Positions 49,979 through 60,181 of a stretch of DNA of 60,181 nt are shown here, piece by piece. The stretch spans positions 20,424,553-20,484,733 of the forward strand of contig NC_057725.1 of NCBI RefSeq assembly GCF_004010195.1, read 5' to 3'. Position numbers and translations under genes: made by a program. Within the stretch, counting starts at the first letter, position 1; the number at the start of each line of letters is the position of its first letter. The stretch is from Chiloscyllium plagiosum (lineage: Eukaryota). The notes beneath the pieces are model-generated. The model was not told the origin of the DNA. It was given only the letters and a program-made list of their open reading frames with translations, and ran no database searches.

Positions 49979-50567
49979 TAGAACAACCTTGGTTATCCAA
50001 ATATCAATTATCCGAATTTCGGATTATCCAAACAAGATCTTAAGGTCCCCGTACATGCATTTTCAATTGAAGTAGGAAAATTCTAGTCCTCATCCATTTA
50101 ATGCATCATTTTGTAAATTTGAACAGGAATATAGATGCAAGTATGCTTTAATAAATAATTAACTTCAAATATATACTCGAGACGTGACCTTGGAGTTAAG
50201 TCTGACACTTTTTATAAAAAAAAATTCGATACTTATTCTCCCTGAGGACAAACATTTGTGACTGTGAACACACAAGAACAACGTAAGTGCAAGCCCGAAC
50301 TGTCAGTGAAATATTTCACAGAATTCAGTCAAACTCTAGCCAAAAAGTGCTTTTATTTGTAAAATATCATGAATTTTTAAGCAATATCCAGCGTTTGTAC
50401 ATATTTTATCGATTAAATGAAATAAAAACTCTGTAAAAATGCTTGTTTGCATAATCATGTTCAGTATGGCTTCCTTTGTTTACGATCAGATCAGTTATCC
50501 AAATAATCAGTTATCCAAACAAGATACTCCCCGCCCATCTCATTCGGATAATTGAGGTTGTTCTGTA
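49979..50567. mobile_element. Tigger-like non-autonomous element, related TIRs
   Basis: AGAACAACCTTGGTTATCC ... GGATAATTGAGGTTGTTCTG|TA; repeated TTATCC units; AT-rich interior. Confidence 0.75.
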
Positions 50568-52750
50568 TTTGTATATACAAGGATACCTAAATAATGGTAT
50601 GTTTTAAGAAGATGAGAGAACACTGTATATCAGTTTTCATATAAGACCCGCACATTGTTTAGTGAAAGGTTGCAGCTCAATCTAATAAGACAGTGGAATT
50701 CCAATTCATTTAATCTTTGCCTCTTCCACTTTGTTTAGCTTTACTGTCCTATAAACTTTCCTTTCAGTCCAACTCCATTCACTTTGTGTTTTGCAAAATT
50801 GCTGCACTAATTTCTGATAGCAAGTGCACTGAAAACCACAAGAAAAAATGGAAATTCTTCAGTAATGAAGAAACATTTTGCTTGCAATCAAGTTATTTAT
50901 CATTTTTCCATGCAACAAAGATTTCTCTGTAGGGCACAGACTGCCTCAAATGCAGATATCTAACTCTTCACAAATAAAAATGCAAAAGATTGCAGCTGCT
51001 GAAAATCTGAAATCAAATTTGGACATGCAAATTCAAAACCCTTCACATCAGGCAAAGTGGATATAATTTTGAAATTACATTGGTAAAGTGATTCCATATT
51101 TTTTAGCTTCTGTTACCGTCACATGAATGCTGCATAACTCTTACACAATACAAACATACACACTTTTTCTTAAAACTAAGCATTAATTGATATTAACTTT
51201 TGTGTCTTTATACTCTTTTAAACATTACGGGTGGAAAATATGTGATTCTGAGAATGAAACAAGTAGCAGACAAAAGTGATCACCAGAGTTAATTAAGAAA
51301 TAGTCTGAACTTACCCATAATTTCAAGTGTTGTGCTTGCTAAGACTAACAAGTGTTTGTGTTCCATTCAGGTTATGCAAAATAAACTGACAGAATTGAGC
51401 ATTCCCATGTTTTTATGATGTTAAATTATGACATCGAGACTAATTTAAAATTAAGAATTCCAAGAGTGATTATATTTAATTTTATTACAGATACTGGAAA
51501 AGTATATACATAAACTGTACAATGTTACATCATAACCTTAAAAACTGACCCCAACTAAGTTTACTCCTTCAATTAAAATTTCTGTGGTATCTTGGATAAT
51601 GCTCAAATTAGATTGATTTCCGGTTGCAGATTCTAACTTCACTTAAATCCTTCCATTCCAGTGCTTGAAACCTTTAATATTACTTTGAACTTAGTATTTC
51701 AATGTATCGCATTGCCCTCCAGAGATGGTTGTTAAATACTAATTAGTTGTTAGACTGACAATGCAAATTGTAAACTTCTCAGTTTTCTTTGTTTTGTTTT
51801 GACTTGAAAACATCACCACACTCAGGTCCATTCATCATAATTTATCATGTCGGCCCTGAATTTCTAGTCAGCTGAAAAGTGATAGCACTCGTTGACCTGG
51901 AATTTATACACAAAGATCGAACAATCAGTGTCAATTTGAAGAGTTCTTCAGGCATCCAGCAACGCTGATGTCAGCAGGCAGCGTAAGCAGTCAATCACAC
52001 TGAAGAATTCTTACCAATAACCAAGTTGAAAGTGATGAGCTCTGATTATCCTATTCTTTTAATAAAATTTACAGCAAGTGAAATAAAGATAGGGATGTAC
52101 ACATTAGAAGCTGAAATGTCGAACAAAAGTTTTTAAAATATTATATCAGAAAGCAATGGAATTTTTATCATAATGAACCATTTGACATTATGCCATTATA
52201 AAATTTATTTTCCTAGGCCAGAGAGGTTGTTCAATGATTAGTTATGACTTATGATGCCATTAAAAAAATTAAGTAAAATTTCCTTTCTAAGATATAACTT
52301 GGTGGGGAGTTAATAATATCATAGCATGAAAGAGGAAGTCCTTATCAGTTTCAGTGATTTTGAATGATTGCTGTCTGCCAGGACTTCAAAGACACATTCT
52401 GTGGAAGAGCAATAAATCACTTACAGCTTTTAATAGTGTGTGTGCAGACACCAGGAATTGCTACCTCAGGTTAATGAATGTAAACACCAGCGATATTGCT
52501 ATTAATACAACAGCAACATCTGCTTTGCATCTTCTTTTTACACAAAGACACTCTCCAAATCCAAACACAAGTACGAAGAAAAATATCTTGATTTTTTTTT
52601 TAAAATGTGTATTGGTCAATTCCACAATTGTTGAGGCAATACATAATTTTGTTTCCTGATTCAGAAATATTCAGATCCATGGAAAACATTAAATAGTCTT
52701 CTTGAAATTATTTTCAATCTTCCCAAAATGATTACATCCCACTTCAGTGA

Positions 52751-52951
52751 TTACTTTAAAAGTTCTTTAAGTTGTCCTCTGATGTAGGCAGGGAGAGGCA
52801 GTGTGTCAATGTGAACTTTATCTATTAGATGCTGGATGACTGTGTATAGACACTGCTCCTGTAGTGACATGAACCGACAGCTTCTCATCCCAAGCTGAAG
52901 TTCTGTTTCTGCAGTTGTGGAAGTGACAATGGGATACAGGGGTGCCCCAAC
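52751..52951 (-). CDS. SPSB3-like last coding exon (SPRY end + SOCS box); absent from the ORF track
   Basis: ctgacag acceptor, phase 0, 201 nt; VGAPLYPIVTSTTAETELQLGMRSCRFMSLQEQCLYTVIQHLIDKVHIDTLPLPAYIRGQLKELLK*, with BC-box SLQxxC and Cul5-box LPLP. Confidence 0.88.
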   Translation of the reverse strand, partial: VGAPLYPIVTSTTAETELQLGMRSCRFMSLQEQCLYTVIQHLIDKVHIDTLPLPAYIRGQLKELLK

Positions 52952-54239
52952 CTGTCAGGTTCAAACAGAACTTAAATCAGTGGCATATAATGGTCTAGAA
53001 ATTAAATAAATTTCAGCATTACAATGTAGTCTTTTGAATCAAACAAAAGGAATAAAATTGCACCTCTGTACTTCAACTGTAATAAGGGTTTTAATCACCA
53101 TTTTATGTTAAACAGAAATAAGACATTTTTGCTCATCTGAAACCGGAGTGGTTTATTCTATTAGATTGTTATCTCCAGCTTGATAGATGTACTTGACATG
53201 CATTTTATCTTCAGCAAGCTATCTTTCCCTCATGTGGTAATGCTCATGTTATCCCTTAGAATAAAGAATATGGTTTTAAAGTGTCCAACAGAACCTTTAT
53301 TGCAGCTCACTGTTTATATGTAAATGTTGGGGAGATGATGACGTAATGATATTGTCGCTGGACTAGTAATCCATGAGAACCAGGTTGACCTGCATTCAAA
53401 TCCCATCAAGGTGAAATTTAATTTAAAGGACTGTCCGGAATTAAAAGTTTAATGATGACCATGAAACCTTTGTTGATTGTCCTACAAATCTATATGGATT
53501 ATAAATGCCCTTCAGGGAAAGAAATCTGCTCCCCAAAGACTATCCGCCATCTACAAGGCACAAGTCAAGAGTTTGTTGGAATACTCCGTACTTAAGTGGA
53601 TAGCAGTGTGTCCCAGTTACAAAGTGTACTGCAAAATTTTATCAAGGCTCCTCAGACTTTGCCTTCTAAACTCATGATATTACCATCTAGGTGGACAAGG
53701 TAAATATGTGGGACCATCGTCACATTCCAAAACCTCTTTACCCACTCATCATCTTGACTTCAAAATGTCTTCCTGTTCCTTTAGTGCCACTGGGTCAACA
53801 TCCTAGAAACTCTATCCCTGACAGCATTGTGAGGGTCGCTGCACAAATTAGACTGCAGCTATTTGAGAAGGTAGGTCATCACACCGTCTCAAGGGGATTA
53901 GGGTGGGACGTAAAGACTGACACAACCAGCAAAGCTTATATCCTCTGAATGAATAAAAGAAAGTTAGATTCACAGATATAGAAATATCTGGACTATTATT
54001 AGGTCATTTGGCTACAAAAAAAATTGATTTTCATCAGAACATCATGCTTCAAGTGATCCAAGTTTGTGTCTAAGACTTTTATACCCTCAGGTTACAAGCT
54101 ATGATACAGTAATGATACAGTAGATTTCTCAAAATTGTGCTGACATACCGACTGAAAGACAACAAATAATCTCAGATATACGGTTGTACATTGCCATGTT
54201 TTGCCAATTTGATAATTATGCAAACAGGAAAAAACAGGC

Positions 54240-55160
54240 AGCAGCGAAAAGTGGCCGAGCAGAGGCTGATAGCTAAGTTCCGTACCCATAGGGAGGGCCT
54301 CAACCGGGACCTTGGGTTCATGTCACATTACAGGTGGCCACCATTGCAGTATACACACACACAGATACTCCTACACACACACACTCTCTCTCACACACAC
54401 AGGCACTCCTATACACACATACACACAGACACACATATACACAGACACGCACACAGACACCCACACACACCCTTACAGACACACACACTCCCACACTCAC
54501 ACATGCACCCCCACACAGACTTAAGACACTCTACATTCACTACACACACGCATACACTTTCTCACACTCACAACCTCCAACCCAGACAGACACATACACA
54601 CAGACAGACAAAGACCCACATACACACATATATTTTGTGGGGTGAATTTGTACTTGCAGGGTTACATTGTACTTTGCTCAAAAACTGCATGCATTCATGT
54701 AGAACTCTGAGCTCAAAAACTGCATGAATTCATGTAAAACTCCATTATCTCACTTTTTAGATTAGAATCAATCTAAACATCATGGCATAGACAGAGAACA
54801 CAGGGGACTAACACCTTCAACATATTGTCTAGTTATCACCATTGTTAACAGCTAACCTGAGAATGCAACTTTTTAAAAAAAGGTTTTGTGATTTACAAAT
54901 TAAAGAAGTGAAACTATCATGGTATTCTAACAGATGAAAGGCTTAACAGACAATCAATTTTTCAATGTATAATTTCAGTTACATCACACTGTAAATTTTT
55001 TGCTATAAATTCTGTGTTACGATCGAGCCCTCCACTATCACCTGATGAAGGAGCGATGCTCCGAAAGCTAGTGCTTCCAATTAAACCTGTTGGAATATAA
55101 CCTGGTGTTGTGTGATTTTTAACTTTGTATACCCCAGTCCAACACAAGCAACTCCAAATC
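54240..55160 (+). mobile_element. Penelope-like 3' fragment with CA-rich tract and intact hammerhead motif
   Basis: QRKVAEQRLIAKFRTHREGLNRDLGFMSHY; degenerate (CA)n at 54350-54630; CAC-CTGATGA-A-GGAGC(GAT)GCTCC-GAAAG-CTA-GTG at 55039-55073. Confidence 0.8.
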
Positions 55161-55199
55161 AGCAAAAACTGAGTTTACAAGATTAATAATTCAAACTTC

Positions 55200-56420
55200 C
55201 AAGTAATACTTTGAAGGTTTGACAGCTCATCTTGATCTGGAGATCGTACATTTGTCTGGATACAATATAAAAATCTCAATTTGTTTCTCGACACATGATC
55301 ATCATTGGTCTGACATTTGTACCATGTGTTCTCTTAGACTGTTCGATCATGGATAGTGGAATGATGATGTTATGTGGGCCTCTTCCCATTTAACACATTT
55401 GCCTTTAAATAGTCCACCAGTGAGTTGCAGTCTGATGTTCTGGAATACCAAATAAGTTGGAAAAAGCAGTCATTGGTTGCAATCTTTGTGTTAACTTGTC
55501 AAACAATGGGAAATTGGAGATGTTTTCTTAGATTACTTACAGTGTGGAAGCAGGCCCTTCAGCCCAACAAGCCCACACTGACCCACCCAGACCCATTCTC
55601 CTATATTTACCCCTTCACCCAACACTACGGGCAATTTAGCATGGCCAATTCACCTAACCTGCACATTTTTGGATTGTGGGAGGAAACCAGAGCACCCGGA
55701 AGAAACTCACGCAGACATGGGGAGAATGTGCAAACTCCACACAGAGAATCGCCTGAGGTGGGAATTGAACCCAGGTCTCTGGCACTGTGAGGCAGCACTA
55801 ACTAAATCCATCCAAAAGTTGTAATCTTGCGTCATGCTTCATATAGGTCTGTTGCTCATTTCATCAATGGTGTGGATGTAGAAGCTCCTTTTGCTGCTGG
55901 ATTTGGTGTGTTTGGAACTTTTGCATTCTTGAGTCCTTGAATTTCCTGATTCATCCCTGGCCAGTACATAGACTGAGATGCTAGCTGTGTGTCCTTGATG
56001 TAACATGGACATCATATTCTGGCATAAAAATCAAAAGAATTTCAGATGCTGTAAATCAGAAACAAAAACAGAATTTGCTGGAAAAGCCCAGCAGGTCTAG
56101 CAGCATATGTGAAGCAAAATCAGTGTTAATGCTTTGGGTCCAGTGACCCTTCCTCAGAACTGTTCTGAGAACTCAGTTCTGAGGAAGCGTCACTGATCAC
56201 GTTCTGGCATTGTGGTTTCGGTATTAGGATTTGATTGTTTTTGAAAAAGACCTGTCATGATCTCCCAAGTTTGTAAAACCAAAATGAAGGAACTTCCTCA
56301 TTTCTCATGCTGGATTTTCAGGGCTGTTTCCTTTGGATCATTTATTGCTTGGTCTGTAACATAGAGCTGTGACCGAATTAGGATATCTGTAATTCCACAA
56401 AGTCTGCTTTAAAATTGATC
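55200..56420 (-). mobile_element. Decayed Gypsy-type internal (integrase) remnant, interrupted by later inserts
   Basis: Reverse strand near 55930-56000 reads QLASQSMYWPGMNQEI, typical of the region beside the integrase zinc finger. Confidence 0.5.
55528..55798 (-). mobile_element. V-SINE (HE1-like), 5'-truncated
   Basis: Reverse copy of core and tail. Confidence 0.82.
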
Positions 56421-57640
56421 GGCGATCCAAAAGCTAGTGCTTTTAAATAAGCCTGTCAGACTATAACCTGGTGTTGTGTAATTTTTAACTTTCCAATTGA
56501 AGATCTTTGCTTTTTAAAAGAGGTTTAATGCAGTGGGTGTTTGTTTATTTCTTTTATTGATTTTGCGTTTCTCTTCTTTTACTTTTCCCTTTTCTCACTC
56601 AGTTTCCCTTTACTTTTCCCCATTGTTGGTTCCTTTACCAATTTTGGGTTGAGCTATTGCCTTGTAGTTGCAGGTTTCAGTCACTAGATGGTCTCCACAA
56701 CAAATAAGGAAGGGTAACCAAAACAGAGGTTGCTGAAAAAGCTCAGCAAATCTGGCAGAAACTGTGAAGAGAAATCAAAGTTAATGTTTCAGCACTGGCG
56801 ACCCTTCTTCAGAAGTTCTGCCAGATCTGCTGAGCTTTTCCAGCAATTTCTGTTTGTGTTTCGATTTATAGTATCCAGAATTCTTTTGGTTTTGGAACAG
56901 GGAATGGAAACATCCCATAAGCCTCCCTCTACATTCAGGCCAATTTGAAGAAACAAAATAGAAAAACTACTATACCTTTGGTCACAGGCAAACCTTCTAA
57001 GTTTAGACAACAGTTTTAAGTGTTTTTCAGCTGTATTTTTTTTTTGGAATACTTTATAGCTATACCATGAGGATCATTTGACCACAGTTTCTATTAAATA
57101 GGAATTGTAGGCACGAGTGTTTTTCTCCAGCTTGAACAAGCTTAGATTTTAATAAATAAATTAACTTTGTCTTCTTGCTTTGCCTATTGACACATCTCAA
57201 CATCATCTGTAGTCTCAGAAATTGATGCTGATGAATGTCCAAATTCTTTATTTCAATTAGGTTTTCAAATACCTGCAACTGAGATCTTAGAATCTGTTCT
57301 TTACAGATACCCTCTGCTGCTAACCATGATGTGCATTGTGCATCCTGGGCCTCAGGTATCTTTCCCTGATGCATCAGTGCATCAGAGGTGGATAATGTAG
57401 TTTGGAATGATCCCACAGAATATTTATTCCAGCTCAGTGTTATATATAAATAATAGATTCTCAGACATATATGTGGCTGTGCTAGAATTATACTATCCAG
57501 TCACAGACAGTAATAAGCTTTCATTTACATGTCATGCTTCAAGAAATCCAACTTAAGATGGAGTCTGAGAACTTTATATGCTCAGGTCACATGTTACATG
57601 ATAGACTGATGATATCATGAGCATGTCTGTTAAAGGTATC

Positions 57641-57814
57641 CAGAGGAACCTCGATTATCCAGCATTTGATTATCCAAATTTTGGATTATCCGGCAAGATT
57701 GCAAGACCCCAGTGCTTGGCTAAACTATGTTATCCGACATTTGATTATCCAGCATTCGATTAACCGAACGAAATACACCACACCCATGTCCTTCGGATAA
57801 TCGAGTATCCTCTG
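57641..57814. mobile_element. Tigger-like MITE, related TIRs
   Basis: CAGAGGAACCTCGATTATCC ... GGATAATCGAGTATCCTCTG|TA; made almost wholly of TTATCC units. Confidence 0.8.
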
Positions 57815-58380
57815 TACTGACATTTTGTCACTTAATGGCATACTCATATATTGACTGAGAGAAGTAACACAGAAGTACTGTCTTGTTAGTTTTATGGCGA
57901 TCTTTTACATTCATTCCTGAGAAACAGAACCTTACATCCAGCCAACATGAAGTATCTACATTTGACTTTGATTTGGGACTTTAAAAACTCGACAATGCTT
58001 TCTGAAAAACTAACTCCTCGCAATTCCATTCTGGAAATTTCAATTTCTCATTTTGTTATTGCTCTGAGGCTATTGTTTTATTGTCAATAAAGTATCAATT
58101 ATAAACTGATTCAGTTGCTCATTATTTTTCACTCTTACTAAAGCAGAAAGAGGAGAATTTCATATTGTTCATCTCGACTGGAATTGACTTCCATGTCTCA
58201 AAGCAGAATGTGACACCCAGTTCCCTATGAAACTCAGTTTAGCATCAACATAGTAAAACAAGACAATCTAAATGAATTCACTGTTTAAATATTATTTCAC
58301 TAAAAGCAATTATAAAATTTCTACTACTTTTTCTCACACAATAACAAATTTCAAATATCCAACACCTGATTATTAGTTAC

Positions 58381-58571
58381 CTTATTGAGGCCTGTGAATG
58401 CAACTCCCAAATTGCATCCATTCTTATAAAAGGTCATAGTACCATCATACAGATTTAAGTCAACTCCTATGATTGTGGCTTTCTCATAAAATGGTTCCGT
58501 ATACTGTCTGCTGTGGCCATCATGCCAGGTTATACCTTTGTGGGATAAGCCCCAGCTTTCAGAATCCATCC
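58381..58571 (-). CDS. SPRY domain-containing SOCS box protein (SPSB3-like), penultimate coding exon
   Basis: ttctcacag acceptor and AAG|GTAACT donor; 191 nt; (G)MDSESWGLSHKGITWHDG...IIGVDLNLYDGTMTFYKNGCNLGVAFTGLNK is the C-terminal half of a SPRY domain; upstream exons lie right of the window. Confidence 0.88.
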
Positions 58572-58659
58572 CTGTGAGAAGGAAGTACGATCAGGTTAGA
58601 AAAGCTGTTTAATCTGATTGGATTTCCTTGAAAATGAAAAATAACATTCAGCAGTAACA

Positions 58660-59655
58660 TTCAGAGATTGTAATGGCATGATATCCTAGGAGATACTCAT
58701 AAGAAGGCTTACACTTTCATGGGTTTGTAAATAGAGGCATAGGGTATAAAAGCAAGGAAGTGATTCTACACCTCAACAAATCGTTGGTTAGACTACTTTT
58801 GGAATACTGGGTTCAGTTCTGAGCACCTTATTTGAGGAAGGATGTTAAAGCCCTGGACAAAGTGCAAAGGAAATTTACTAGAATGATACCAAGAATGAGG
58901 GGTTTTAGATACAAGGAAAAATTAGAGAGACTGGGCTTCTTGTCCTTAGAGCAGAGAAGACTAAGAGGTGACCTTATTGAGGTGTTCTAAATTCTGAACA
59001 TTTTTGACAGGGTAAAGAAGGACATTCTGTTTTCATTAGTTGGCATGTCAGTAACTAGGGGTCACAATGTCAAGATTGTCAGCAAAAAAGTGAGGAGTGA
59101 GATGAGGAGAAACGTCTTCACTCAGAGTTTTGTTAGGATTTGGAAGGTCGGCACCACTCTCTTGAACTGTCCCACCTGTCTGTCTTCCTTCCTAACTATC
59201 CGCTCCACTCTCCTCTCTCCTATCACCTTCACCCCTATCTTCATCTATCTATCACATTCCCAGCTACCATCCCCCCCAGCCCCACCCCCCTNNNNNNNNN
59301 NNNNNNNNNNNNNNNNNNNNNNNNNNNNCCCACCCCCCACCCCACCATTCCTCATGTAGGTCTTATGCCTAAAACATAAACTCTCCTACTCCTCAGATGC
59401 TGCTTGATCGGCTGTGCATTTCCAGCGCCACACACTTTGACTCTGATCTCCAGCATTTGCAGTCCTCACTTTCTCCTAGAGTGGTGGCGATGGATTCTGT
59501 AAGAGGTTTCAAAAGAGAGCTGGATATATATTTGGAAGTGGGCTACGGAGGTACAGCTAGGGAATAAGACCCGCTGGGTAGCTTTTTAGGGAGCCGGTAG
59601 AGGCATACTGGGTCAAATTACCTTCTTCTATACTATAATACTCCATGATTCTATA
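58660..59655 (+). mobile_element. CR1 3' fragment split by a Penelope-like insert
   Basis: LVRLLLEY..LEQRRLRGDLIEV..TRGH; tail ACTCCATGATTCTAT. Confidence 0.82.
59146..59478 (+). mobile_element. Penelope-like terminal fragment nested in a CR1
   Basis: Homologous to 46153-46479; ends CCTCACTTTCTCCT; decayed core; spans an N gap. Confidence 0.7.
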
Positions 59656-59873
59656 TTTATATGAAATATATGTTGCGGGCTTGGCTGCACAGAAACTCCA
59701 AATTTGTATGGAGGCACTAAACAGATAACATGTCACCGTTGACTTAGTTCTATACAGAACCATTTTGAACAGAAATGCATTCATTTTGGAAAATCCTAAC
59801 TCAAGGAGAAACAGTTCAGCATGAAACTGATAAGGAAAATAACGCAAGTTCAAGTTAGAAATGAGAAATGTTC

Positions 59874-60181
59874 AAGGGGAGTAATTAGCCAGTTAAAAGG
59901 AAGAAAATATTATCAAATCTTAAGAAAGAAAGAGTTGATATAGCTCTCCTACAGGAGACACACCTGTTGGATAAAGAACACTTGAAATTACGACAGGGTG
60001 GATTTGATCAGGCCTTTTTTTCTTCTTTTAGCTCAAAAAGCAGGGGAGTTGTTATTCTTGTTCGGAAGAATTTCCCTTTCAAAATCCTAAACCAGATAAA
60101 AGACGAATCTGGACGATATATCTTGATTAAAGCTCTCATAAATGGAGAGGAATATGGGATTTTAAATTTGTACTACCCCCC
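59874..60181 (+). mobile_element. L1-clade ORF2 APE endonuclease N-terminus, running off the right edge
   Basis: KGSN*PVKRKKILSNLKKERVDIALLQETHL...SKSRGVVILVRK...DESGRYILIKALINGEEYGILNLY; QETH, GVxIL and GRY motifs; one in-frame stop at 59886. Confidence 0.85.

Noticed and set aside
54191-54727. His/Thr-rich ORFs
   Set aside because: Translation of a degenerate CA microsatellite inside a Penelope-like 3' region.

Overview
Eukaryotic, intron-rich vertebrate DNA. The repeat content (HE1-like V-SINEs, CR1 LINEs, abundant Penelope-like elements) points to a shark, possibly a bamboo shark (inference). I reconstructed four spliced genes by hand from GT-AG boundaries and exon phases. NDUFS3 (- strand) has coding exons 1-6 here, with the last exon left of the window. 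KBTBD4 (+ strand) is complete at 522 aa and lies head-to-head with NDUFS3 on a very compact CpG-rich promoter. PTPMT1 (- strand) is complete at about 195 aa. The last two exons of a divergent SPRY-SOCS-box (SPSB3-like) gene (- strand) are also present. Nearly all other ORFs in the track are transposon remnants or noise. The most unusual non-coding features are: (1) many Penelope-like termini carrying minimal hammerhead-ribozyme motifs, with the best-preserved intronic copies all antisense to their host genes; (2) short TSD-flanked fold-back Penelope derivatives, one a perfect 80-bp-arm palindrome; (3) an exact 73-bp duplication of the PTPMT1 exon-1 end plus its 5' splice site, beside a 36-bp GC-box tandem repeat. 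No database search was possible. Family names and human comparisons come from recalled sequences, and repeat boundaries are approximate unless a TSD or TIR is quoted.
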